A stretch of DNA of 64,000 bases from Podarcis vaucheri (lineage: Eukaryota). Of the stretch, positions 26,801-34,850 are shown piece by piece. The first letter of the stretch is position 1. The number at the start of each line of letters is the position of its first letter. The position numbers and the translations under genes are program-made. The notes under the pieces are model-generated. The model saw only the letters and a program-made list of their open reading frames with translations, ran no database searches and was not told the origin of the DNA. The DNA lies in assembly GCA_965113315.1 (NCBI GenBank), contig OZ220367.1; one strand, 5' to 3'.

Positions 26801-29466
26801 TAAAATTAGCCCCCTTAAAAAAAAAGTATTTACAACTGTCTTGTGGACTATCCATTGATCCCAGATGCCTGCCACCAGATAAACTGAGCATCATTGTGCC
26901 AACTCTGATTTCATAATATAATGGCTATGTGAGTGCTCCATCACACGCTGAAAGCTTTTTGCAATTCAAAATGAGATTTTATTGCACCCTGACAGGCAAG
27001 CCTCATAAACTGTTTTTCATTACTACCTGGTGCCATGTAAGGTATACAGTGCATATCAGGAAGCTGGACAAAAACATTATTTGTATCTCTCAAACAAGAG
27101 CCGAATGGAGACTGTATTGTATGCCGAATGCCACCTAGTGATTAAACTATATAACAACACTATCCATCAAGCACCAAGATGCATTGAAGTCAATATATGT
27201 CACTGCACACAGGGTACATGTTTACAACATAATGATTATTCCAAGTTTCTTACAGTAATGTAATAACTGCAAATGACTACCAATGTTTAAATGTGCATTT
27301 AATCATCCCAGAGACACTGTTGTGTATTGACTAGATCATAGTTGTTTTTATACTAAATCCCGCTCCAGCTATGGGACTCAAAACATGGCCTTGGACAAGT
27401 CATGTTGTCTTAGACAGCAATTTACCGTATTTTTGGCTCTATAGGACACACTTTTTCCCCTTCAAAAATGAAGGGGAAATGTGTGTGCATCCTATGGAGT
27501 GAAGACGCCATAGCCCCGCGCACGCTCTCCTGGCCGGAGAGGTGACGCGCGGCTATAGAGGCTCCTGCCATAGCCGCGCGTCACCTCTCCAGCCGGAGAG
27601 CGCGCGCGGGGCTAAAGAAGTACCCCACAACCCTCTCCCGGCTGGAGAGGTGACGCTCAGCTATGGCAGGAGCCTCTATAGCCGTGCGTCACCTCCCCAG
27701 CCGGGAGAGAGCGCGCGGGGCTAAAGAAGCCATAGCCCCGCGACCCTCTCCCGGCTGGAGAGGTGACGCGCGGCTATGGCAAGAGCCTCTCCGCTGCTCC
27801 CTGACCTGCTCTTTGGGGCTGGTGGTGGGCTTCCCCCCGCCAGCCCCAAAGAGCAGGTCGAAAGGAACCTGAAGCTTGGAGAGCGAGAGGGGTCAGTGCA
27901 CACCGACCCCTCTCGCTCTCCAGGCTTCCAAGGTAGCCGCCTGAACGCACCTTAAACGGCACCTTGTTTTAGAACGGGAAAACAAGAGGGGGAAAGTTCT
28001 CCCCCTCTCTGTGCAGCGCCTCCTGCCGCTTCACTGAAGGGGCGCTGGGCAGAGAGGGGGAGAATTTTTTTTTCTTGTTCTCCCCCCTCTAAAACAAAGT
28101 GCATCCTATTGTCCGGTGCGTCCTATGGTGCGAAAAATACGGTAATGTGTTGTAGGAAATCTATGGTTATTTTTTCTCTTTTGGATTAAAAAAATTGTGT
28201 AGCAGTCATTGGGAGGGTCTGATTAATTTTGGAACTGTGACACTATGTGTATGTGCGTAAATGCTGTTGCCTGAATTATTTTCCTCATGAAAATGAGCCC
28301 AAGAAGTTGCTACTTAACTTACCATGGGGGGGGGGGACACACAGATACAGTTCAGGTACTGGAATATTTCCCCTCCACTGAGCACATAGCAACTTCAGGA
28401 TGGGGGCAATTTTATTGGGTATACGACATGGTGGAAAGGGGCTGACATGGAGAAAGAGATATAGATATCTAGCAATGAGAGATACCTTAACCATTAACTC
28501 AACAGATAGGCCACATCACATCTAGCTGGGCTCTTAACCTAAGCAACAACTACATTGAGTTCCTTGGATTTAAAAATAATATAATAATCTGTACCAAAGT
28601 ATGCTTTTACACAAGTTAAATTTACTCAGCTCTGATTCATAAAAGTTTTTCTCATAATATGTTAAGGTGCCATAATCCTGTTTTCAGGACTTTTCTTTTC
28701 TTTTTGGTTGTTCACTGTGTTAAAGTAATATGACTACACCTCAGGAGTTTCCTACAGTTTTTCAGAGTAAAAACACTGAGAATAAAGCAAACTAATCTAT
28801 GGGGTGGACTGATAATCTAAAAATGACTTCCATAGTATCAGAATTCAATCCAGACAGAACCTGTTGATGGATAATATAGGCATAATGTTGCCTTGCTATA
28901 TATCTGGAGAAAAACTTACGCTTGACAGTAAGGCATTTTCTGGTGGCTAACAAAGTTATTCACAGTAAGCATCATCTTGCAGACCTCGCAGTGAAAGCAG
29001 GCTTTGTGCCATGTCTAGAAATAGCAAGGATAAAAATACAGTGAAAGTTGCTTGTGTTTCAGATTTTATTAGTCTGTTTTAAAAACGTATAACTGATTAT
29101 TCTTGGCAGTCTAATAAACATCTCTTCTCACAGTCTGAAAAAGCATATGCCAAAGATCAATTTCCCGCGTGTAACCTTTAAAAGACGTAAAATGTTTCGC
29201 CAAATTACACCCTTGGCAAAGTTCAGTTCTGACATCCAACTTACCCGACATGAATTAAGCTTATGAAAGTGTAGAATATTTTCTACCAAGTTAAATTAAA
29301 GGAGATGCAGGTTGTCTATCTGAAAGCATATTAGTGGATTATTTATGTAAGATATTTTTTTTCATAATGGTGAAGAATAACAGCATCTACTGACCTGATC
29401 AATACAGCTAATCTTCTCTGCAGGATAAACCCCGTAGCCACATCTGGCACAAGGCTGAATATTCAT
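922..29466 (-). CDS. NRAP: NRAP, nebulin-related anchoring protein; coding exons 1-21, gene continues beyond the left edge
   Basis: 21 GT-AG exons splice in frame to [62 protein letters not shown] (N-terminal LIM domain), followed by about 35-aa nebulin repeats with SDxxYK motifs at exon junctions. Colinear with human NRAP as recalled; head-to-head with CASP7. Confidence 0.97.
2341..2705 (-). mobile_element. Sauria SINE, variant A, with 5' extra sequence to 2837
   Basis: tRNA-like head GGGACGCGGGTGGCGCTG..GGTTCGAATCCC, (ACCTTT)n tail; TSD cctttcactctta at 2329-2341 and 2838-2850. Confidence 0.9.
3087..3191 (-). CDS. NRAP: NRAP exon 20 ([35 protein letters not shown])
   Basis: 105 nt; WMKGVGW is the WLKGIGW-type motif of nebulin super-repeats. 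Confidence 0.95.
3245..3435. mobile_element. Probable older hAT element
   Basis: Imperfect TIR and 8-bp flanking repeat gcagg(c/t)ag. Confidence 0.5.
3915..4112 (-). CDS. NRAP: NRAP exon 19 ([66 protein letters not shown])
   Basis: 198 nt double-repeat exon, GT-AG. Confidence 0.95.
4620..4978 (+). mobile_element. Sauria SINE, variant B
   Basis: Full length, (ACCTTT)n tail, TSD ctagggcctggtgca at 4605-4619 and 4979-4993. Confidence 0.92.
5546..5647 (-). CDS. NRAP: NRAP exon 18 ([34 protein letters not shown])
   Basis: 102 nt, GT-AG. Confidence 0.95.
6040..6265. mobile_element. Tigger/pogo-like MITE
   Basis: TIR CAGTGGTACCTTGGTTGTC (imperfect at the right end), TA on both sides. Confidence 0.85.
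6862..6969 (-). CDS. NRAP: NRAP exon 17 ([36 protein letters not shown])
   Basis: 108 nt, GT-AG. Confidence 0.95.
7147..7251 (-). CDS. NRAP: NRAP exon 16 ([35 protein letters not shown])
   Basis: 105 nt, GT-AG. Confidence 0.95.
7612..7710 (-). CDS. NRAP: NRAP exon 15 ([33 protein letters not shown])
   Basis: 99 nt, GT-AG. Confidence 0.95.
9703..9838. mobile_element. hAT MITE (136 bp, palindromic)
   Basis: 8-bp TSD agtaaggg, imperfect CAGG..CTTG termini. Confidence 0.85.
10308..10672 (-). mobile_element. Sauria SINE, variant A
   Basis: Near-identical to the 2341 copy; TSD gcacgtaagttaaa at 10297-10310 and 10676-10689. Confidence 0.92.
10966..11070 (-). CDS. NRAP: NRAP exon 14 ([35 protein letters not shown])
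   Basis: 105 nt, GT-AG. Confidence 0.95.
11859..12213 (-). mobile_element. Sauria SINE, variant B
   Basis: Similar to the 4620 copy; TSD gtta(t/c)agcaatta. Confidence 0.9.
12574..12678 (-). CDS. NRAP: NRAP exon 13 ([35 protein letters not shown])
   Basis: 105 nt, GT-AG. Confidence 0.94.
13594..13835. mobile_element. Tigger/pogo-like MITE
   Basis: CAGTG..CACTG ends, TA TSD. Confidence 0.82.
14343..14447 (-). CDS. NRAP: NRAP exon 12 ([35 protein letters not shown])
   Basis: 105 nt; by position the orthologue of the exon alternatively spliced between skeletal and cardiac isoforms in mammals. Confidence 0.93.
14662..15088 (-). mobile_element. 5'-truncated L1-clade LINE 3' end
   Basis: A-rich tail, ORF2-like C-terminus ([32 protein letters not shown]), 17-bp TSD gatatggtgtctatttc at 14645-14661 and 15089-15105. 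Confidence 0.8.
15504..15620 (-). CDS. NRAP: NRAP exon 11 ([39 protein letters not shown])
   Basis: 117 nt, GT-AG. Confidence 0.95.
15932..16164. mobile_element. Tigger/pogo-like MITE
   Basis: Same family as the 17042, 22820 and 47306 copies; TA TSD. Confidence 0.85.
16790..17015 (+). mobile_element. CR1 LINE 3' fragment
   Basis: ttaggaagaac..gagctgttcgacag..gaggtttttaaacagag..ggactagatg..ccttccaac. Confidence 0.65.
17042..17259. mobile_element. Tigger/pogo-like MITE
   Basis: TIR CAGTGGTACCTCAGGTTA, TA TSD. Confidence 0.87.
17898..18002 (-). CDS. NRAP: NRAP exon 10 ([35 protein letters not shown])
   Basis: 105 nt nebulin repeat, GT-AG. Confidence 0.94.
18665..18757 (-). CDS. NRAP: NRAP exon 9 ([31 protein letters not shown])
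   Basis: 93 nt phase-0 exon, GT-AG. Confidence 0.9.
19408..19515 (-). CDS. NRAP: NRAP exon 8 ([36 protein letters not shown])
   Basis: 108 nt nebulin repeat, GT-AG. Confidence 0.95.
19601..19705 (-). CDS. NRAP: NRAP exon 7 ([35 protein letters not shown])
   Basis: 105 nt nebulin repeat; followed by an 85-nt intron. Confidence 0.94.
20878..20985 (-). CDS. NRAP: NRAP exon 6 ([36 protein letters not shown])
   Basis: 108 nt nebulin repeat, GT-AG. Confidence 0.94.
21181..21279 (-). CDS. NRAP: NRAP exon 5 ([33 protein letters not shown])
   Basis: 99 nt phase-0 exon, GT-AG. Confidence 0.9.
22429..22486 (-). mobile_element. RTE-BovB 3' terminal fragment
   Basis: (CAA)n tail plus agtcgtgtccgactcttcgtgaccccatggac. 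Confidence 0.7.
22601..22705 (-). CDS. NRAP: NRAP exon 4 ([35 protein letters not shown])
   Basis: 105 nt phase-0 exon, GT-AG. Confidence 0.92.
22820..23066. mobile_element. Tigger/pogo-like MITE
   Basis: TIR CAGTGGTACCTCGGGTTA, TA TSD. Confidence 0.87.
23848..23897. repeat. (GT)n microsatellite
   Basis: Direct reading. Confidence 0.95.
24900..25044 (+). mobile_element. CR1 LINE 3' fragment
   Basis: gaggtttttaagcagaggttggatggccatctgtc..ctagatg..attctatga, typical of a CR1 3' end. Confidence 0.7.
25046..25461 (+). mobile_element. Rex1/Babar-type LINE 3' fragment
   Basis: [41 protein letters not shown]-terminal motif, AATAAA and (ATT)n tail. Confidence 0.8.
26137..26224 (-). CDS. NRAP: NRAP exon 3 ([29 protein letters not shown])
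   Basis: 88 nt, phase compatible with exon 2, GT-AG. Confidence 0.94.
27425..28142. mobile_element. Tc2-like non-autonomous DNA transposon with GC-rich internal inverted repeats
   Basis: TIR CCGTATTTTT..AAAAATACGG, TA TSD. Confidence 0.82.
28920..29014 (-). CDS. NRAP: NRAP exon 2 ([32 protein letters not shown])
   Basis: tttctag acceptor, gtaag donor, 95 nt; LIM domain. Confidence 0.95.
29395..29466 (-). CDS. NRAP: NRAP coding exon 1 ([24 protein letters not shown])
   Basis: ATG at 29466, 72 nt, donor CAG|gtcagt; first LIM zinc finger CxxC. Confidence 0.95.
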
Positions 29467-29599
29467 CCTGAAATTATCGAAGGAAATAGAAAAGACTGTA
29501 TAAAAATTTCAAAGGAAATTATAACTTTAAAATGCCTTGTTTCCTATAAATCACACTCCGGTCTTGTCACGCCAATCCACAGTCCAAAGCTTCTGCTTG

Positions 29600-29700
29600 C
29601 CTACTGCTGAGCTTCTACTTTGAACTCAGCTGTTGTCTGGTTTTTAAAGCTGCCAGTTACTAAGAGGGGCTATTTTGGCAACTGTGTAAGAGTTCATGGA
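29600..29700 (-). promoter_or_regulatory. Possible proximal NRAP promoter
   Basis: About 150-220 bp upstream of the ATG: TATA-like TTTAAAAA (minus, 29641-29648), E-box CAGCTG (~29627) and an imperfect MEF2-like GCTATTTTGG (~29669). Motif-level evidence only. Confidence 0.3.
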
Positions 29701-30157
29701 AGGGAAAGAGACGGGAGAATTCAGCAACACCTTTCTCTAAATAGAAGAGTGAACTCACAGTGAAGCATCATGGTCATATGAGCAAGAACATCTAATTGTT
29801 AATATTTAAGCTACGGGGTTTAACGTTGAGTTGCCAGAACCTCAGGATGGACATCTAAATATATGTCGCTTCATCTTTAGATTATTACCTATTCGCAGTG
29901 TCATTATTACAGAAAGAAGAGCAGGGCAAGGCAGCTTCCCAAGAGAGTTCTGTACACAACTTGATTCAGTTTCCAGCACTGACAGGAAATGGAATACAGT
30001 GCCCACAATATACCCCACATCAAGACTGTTCCTCAGAATATACACTATCTGGCCACAAAATGCTATGGCCAGTCAGCCTTAACGGACCTTGCCCAACTGA
30101 AAAAGCCTTGTTTAACAGCATATATTTCTTTAGATGAAGTACCGTATATACTTTTAT

Positions 30158-30346
30158 CATAGCTGTCAACTTTCAGATTTGAAAATAAGGAATCAGCAGC
30201 CTCAAAAAATAAGGGATCAGCAGCCTCGCCTATCCCGGGGACAGTCTACGGGATATCTAACAATCTGGAATAGCAGTGGGAAGCAGCGGGAAATGGCGCT
30301 GGAATAAGGGACTTTCCCACAAAAAAAGGGAAGGTTGACAGCTATG
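30158..30346. mobile_element. hAT non-autonomous element
   Basis: TIR CATAGCTGTCAAC, 8-bp TSD acttttat. Confidence 0.85.
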
Positions 30347-30585
30347 ACTTTTATTCCATATCTGCAGAATACCATACATTTTGAGTCAAAATCTGCGTTG
30401 TAGTGATTGGGACAAATTTGTCCTGGAAGAGTTGGCAGGGATTCTCCTCAGTATCCCCACATCCATCATTCTAGACCAGGGCTCACCAAACTTTGTTCAG
30501 TGAATCTTCAGTCAGCTGGTCTGTAGTGTGTCTGTGGCTTTGTGGTTGAAGACAGAAGATGGCATATCTATGGTATTGTAATTTA

Positions 30586-31019
30586 CCGTATTTTTCCATG
30601 TATAAGACAAAATTTTTTGCTATTAAAAAAATAGGCAAAAATTGGGTGACGTCTTATACACGGATAGTGAATGCAGAGAGGGGAAGTGCAATTAATGGCA
30701 GCAGCAAGCAGGAGAATGGCAGCGGCGATTGGGCGGGTGATTGGTGGCTGTGGCAAGATGACAGGCAATTGGCGGCTGAGGCAAGTGGGTGGCTGCACTG
30801 TTGGTGACAGCGAGCCGGCAGACAATTGGCGGCTGCGGCAAGGTGTGCAATCAGCAATGGCTGTGGCAAGTAATCGGCAGTGGCGGGCAGGCGGGTGAGC
30901 GATTGGTGAAAGTGACCTCCCCCACCCCACCCTAAAAGCTAAACAATTTCTTAATTTTGGGTTAAAAAAAATAGGGGTCGTCTTATACATGGGGGCATCT
31001 TATACACGGAAAAATACAG
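30586..31019. mobile_element. Tc2-like non-autonomous DNA transposon
   Basis: TIR CCGTATTTTTCCATGTATAAGA / TCTTATACACGGAAAAATACAG, TA TSD. Confidence 0.8.
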
Positions 31020-31301
31020 TAATGTTTTAATAGTATTGTATTGCATTTTATTTCTTATAATGTACTTTATTGTATTACAATTGGAATTCTATGGACATGG
31101 CCTGGGGACAAGAGTCCTGAGGAACTGATAGAGATCCCTGGAGGGTCACATTCTGCCTGAGGTTCCCCATCCCTGTTATATTTATTTTATTTTATTTTAA
31201 AAACATACCTATAGGACTTGTATCTATTGAACTATAAATATTCCTATATTTAAAGCCCTATATATTTATAGTCCTATACATATTTATATAAACATATTTT
31301 A

Positions 31302-31353
<52 letters not shown>

Positions 31354-31402
31354 GGTTTTGGTGTCTTCGGGTGTCTTCCCGTGTAAGAGTCGGGGTGTCT
31401 GT

Positions 31403-31440
31403 GCGACGTTTCGACGAGGTCTCACTCGTCATCTTCAGGC
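31403..31440 (-). ncRNA. Minimal hammerhead ribozyme motif (Penelope type)
   Basis: GC-CUGAAGA-U-GACGAG-ugagac-CUCGUC-GAAACGUC-GC: core boxes, 6-bp helix II, palindromic ACGU helix III. Confidence 0.7.
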
Positions 31441-31805
31441 TGGTGCTTTCGGCTTCTTGTTACTGGAACAGAGCAGAGTCTGGTATTTGAGTTCCTATAA
31501 ATACTGTTGAGGGGTGTGGTGTATAGCCTCCAACGTTCTGGGCAGAGAGGAAGTTCCTAGATTAGTGTGCCTTTTCTTCTTTTGTTCCTTAATTACTTGA
31601 GGGATATCTTGGGTGATTTCATGAGTGATATTCTGAATATCACTGGGTGGGTCATTAAGTGTAGATTAGTTGCTAAAGCTTTCGTGTCTTGACCTCTTGA
31701 GCTTGTGAAGAGTTTTTCTGAGAAGATGGCTGTGCTGCATTTAGTTTATAGGAACTCAAATACCAGACTCTGCTCTGTTCCAGTAACAAGAAGCCGAAAG
31801 CACCA

Positions 31806-31843
31806 GCCTGAAGATGACGAGTGAGACCTCGTCGAAACGTCGC
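31806..31843 (+). ncRNA. Minimal hammerhead ribozyme motif
   Basis: Same motif on the plus strand. Confidence 0.7.
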
Positions 31844-32001
31844 CCAGACACCCCGACTCTTACACGGGAAGACACCCGAAGACACCAAAACCTGCATTCC
31901 TGTACCCGTGAAAATCTACGAAAGCATATATATATATATATATATATATGCAGGTTTTGGTGTCTTCGGGTGTCTTCCCGTGTAAGAGTCGGGGTGTCTG
32001 G

Positions 32002-32039
32002 GCGACGTTTCGACGAGGTCTCACTCGTCATCTTCAGGC
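32002..32039 (-). ncRNA. Minimal hammerhead ribozyme motif
   Basis: Same motif; tandem copy. Confidence 0.7.
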
Positions 32040-32166
32040 TGGTGCTTTCGGCTTCTTGTTACACGGGAAGACACCCGAAGACACCAAAACCTGCATATAT
32101 ATATATATATATATGCAGGTTTTGGTGTCTTCGGGTGTCTTCCCGTGTAAGAGTCGGGGTGTCTGG

Positions 32167-32204
32167 GCGACGTTTCGACGAGGTCTCACTCGTCATCTTC
32201 AGGC
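32167..32204 (-). ncRNA. Minimal hammerhead ribozyme motif
   Basis: Same motif; 165 nt from the previous copy. Confidence 0.7.
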
Positions 32205-32332
32205 TGGTGCTTTCAGCTTCTTGTTACACGGGAAGACACCCGAAGACACCAAAACCTGCATATATATATATATATATATATATGGTTTTGGTGTCTTCGG
32301 GTGTCTTCCCGTGTAAGAGTCGGGGTGTCTGG

Positions 32333-32370
32333 GCGACGTTTCGACGAGGTCTCACTCGTCATCTTCAGGC
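32333..32370 (-). ncRNA. Minimal hammerhead ribozyme motif
   Basis: Same motif; 166 nt from the previous copy, downstream of the ORF stop on the minus strand. Confidence 0.7.
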
Positions 32371-32602
32371 TGGTGCTTTCGGCTTCTTGTTACTGGAACA
32401 GAGCAGAATCTGGTGTTTGAGTTCCTATAAATACTGTTGAGGGGTGTGGTGTATAGCCTCCAACGTTTTGGGCAGAGAGGAAGTTCCTAGATTAGTGTGC
32501 CTTTTCTTCTTTTGTTCCTTAATTACTTGAGGGATATCTTGAGTGATTTCATGAGTGATATTCTGAATACCACTGGGTGGGTTATTAAGTGTAGATTAGT
32601 TG

Positions 32603-33773
32603 CTAAAGCTTTCGTGTCTTGACCTCTTGAGCTTCTGAAGATTTTTTCTGAGAAGATGGCTGTGCTGCATTTAGTTGTGCTCTGGCTTGGCTTCGTGTAT
32701 AGGGGCGAGCTGTGATTTTGTGCCTTGTGCCAGCCAGATCTGTGTAGGGATTGCAGGGGGGTGCAGCATCCGGAGGTGCCACTATAGTTTGGCTGCTGGA
32801 TGGAGTCTGTAGTATGTCTGTGGAGAGGGTCTGGGTTTGGGTCTGGTGTGGTTGATTGGTGACGGCGTTCAGTGTGCCTCTGGTTCTGGTGTCGGTTTTT
32901 GTGGGGAGGGCTAATTTCCAGATGTCTGGCAGGCGGGACGTGTCGTCACGCTTGTTCATGTTGTGAGGGTGTTTCTCTATCTCGATGGCTTCCATGATTA
33001 TTCTCTTGTGGTGATGTTCCATGTTAAAGAGCAATTTGGAATCTGCAAAATTAATTTCGTGTCCTGTTTCTTTCATGTGTTGGAAAAGAGAGGAAGTTTT
33101 TTCTTCTTTTTTGACGGCATTCTTGTGTTCTGCGATACGTGCATTTATTCGTCTGTTTGTTTGTCCAATGTACGTGGCTGGGCAGACTTTGCAGGGTATT
33201 TCATAGACCCCTTGGTTTTCCAGCTGGATTTTGTCTTTTGGGTTTCTGAGGATATTGGCTAATTTTTGGTTGGTGCAGAAGGCTGTTTTGATATTGTGTT
33301 TATGGAGGATTTTGCTAATTTTGTCTGTAGTGCCCTTGATATAAGGAAGGAGGGCCATGCCATTGTTTTCTTCTGTGTCTTGGTTTTTGGGGGGTGTTTC
33401 TTTTTGGATTAGCTTCGTAACCTTGTTTTTCTGGTATCCATTGGCGATTAACACATTTGAGAGATTCTGTAACTCAGTTGTCAAGTGGTCTTTGTCAGCC
33501 AGGCGTTTGGTTCTGGAGATGAGAGTCTTGGCTACGGAGTTTATTTGTGCAGGGTGGTGGTGTGATTGTGCATGTAAGTAGCGGTTGGTGTGTGTTTTTT
33601 TCCGGTAGATAGTGTGTCCTAGGGAGCCATCAGGTTTTTTGTAGATTAGGACGTCAAGAAAGGGGAGTTGGTTGTTGTCTTCTATTTCCATAGTGAATTG
33701 TATTTTGGGGTGTAGGCTGTTGAGATGTGTGAGGAAGCTGTCTAGTTTTTCTTTCCCGTGTGGCCAAATTACA
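32603..33773 (-). mobile_element. 5'-truncated Penelope ORF (RT C-terminus/thumb plus GIY-YIG endonuclease)
   Basis: Uninterrupted frame VIWPHG...IQFTME...LPFLDV...YRKKTHT..YL..SHH, then GVYEIPCKVCPATYIGQTNR..R..EH and EAIEI; it begins just after where the RT YxDD motif would be. Confidence 0.92.
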
Positions 33774-34338
33774 CGCCTGCCAGACATCTGGAAATTAGCC
33801 CTCCCCACAAAAACCAACACCAGAACCAGAGGCACACTGAACGCCGTCACCAATCAACCACACCAGACCCAAACCCAGACCCTCTCCACAGACATATTAC
33901 AGACTCCATCCAGTAGCCAAACTATAGTGTCACCTCCGGATGCTGCACCCCCCTGCAATCCCTACACAGATCTAGCTGGCACAAGGCACAAAACCACAGC
34001 TCGCCCCTATACACGAAGCCAAGCCAGAGCACAACTAAATGCAGCACAGCCATCTTCTCAGAAAAACTCTTCACAAGCTCAAGAGGTCAAGACACAAAAG
34101 CTTTAGCAACTAATCTACACTTAATGACCCACCCAGTGGTATTCAGAATATCACTCATGAAATCACTCAAGATATCCCTCAAGTAATTAAGAAACAAAAG
34201 AAGAAGAGGCACACTAATCTAGGAACTTCCTCTCTGCCCAGAACGTTGGAGGCTATACACCACACCCCTCAACAGTATTTATAAGAACTCAAACACCAGA
34301 TTCTGCTCTGTTCCAGTAACAAGAAGCCGAAAGCACCA

Positions 34339-34376
34339 GCCTGAAGATGACGAGTGAGACCTCGTCGAAACGTCGC
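34339..34376 (+). ncRNA. Minimal hammerhead ribozyme motif
   Basis: Same motif in the sense arm of the largest unit. Confidence 0.7.
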
Positions 34377-34456
34377 ACAGACACCCCGACTCTTACACGG
34401 GAAGACACCCGAAGACACCAAAACCTGCATTCCTATACCCGTGAAAATCTACGAAA

Positions 34457-34505
<49 letters not shown>

Positions 34506-34674
34506 AAAGCAGGACTTTACAGCAAAACATAGCGACCTGTCTTACCAGAATCAGACTCTTCCAGTTCAATAGTGTTTGCACTGCCTGGCAGCGGCTCCCC
34601 TGGATTTCTGGTAATACATCAGGAATGGGCATTTGAGATTTTTCTTGGGCTGAAAATAATGAGACGCAATAGGA

Positions 34675-34850
34675 ACTCAGGAATCTGCCTTAGACCGAGT
34701 CACATCATCAGTTCATCTAGCTCAGTATCGTCTACACTGACTGACAGCTGCTCTTCGGGATTTCAGACAGGGAACATTCCAAGCCCTACCTAGAAGATGC
34801 TCAGGATTGAACCTGGGAACTTCTGCATGCAAAGCAGATTCTGCATCACT
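34675..34850 (-). mobile_element. Old tRNA-derived SINE remnant
   Basis: Reverse-strand B-box-like caggttcaatcc; similar remnants near 9160 and 37200. Confidence 0.45.

Larger units (their letters stand above)
31317..34502. mobile_element. Penelope-like retroelement cluster: four fold-back units in (AT)n
   Basis: Units 31351-31925, 31950-32094, 32115-32259 and 32284-34458, flanked and separated by (AT)n tracts; each has an antisense arm and a sense arm of the same 3' end. Confidence 0.92.

Noticed and set aside
31950-32400. Regularly spaced repeats superficially like a CRISPR array
   Set aside because: Eukaryotic context, spacers are not unique, no cas genes; explained by Penelope 3'-end units.
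31814-32440. 208-aa repetitive ORF and related MQVLVSSG/MTSETSS ORFs
   Set aside because: By-products of repeated inverted arms and (AT)n tracts; no recognisable protein.
33774-33853. N-terminal ~27 aa (MVTAFSVPLVLV...) of the 416-aa ORF
   Set aside because: Antisense read of the inverted arm across the fold-back junction. The real Penelope frame starts at VIWPHG and lacks the RT catalytic core, so this copy is not autonomous.
34393-34632. MPIPDVLPE... as an N-terminal extension of NRAP
   Set aside because: Splicing 34546 to 29467 puts it out of frame with the NRAP ATG.
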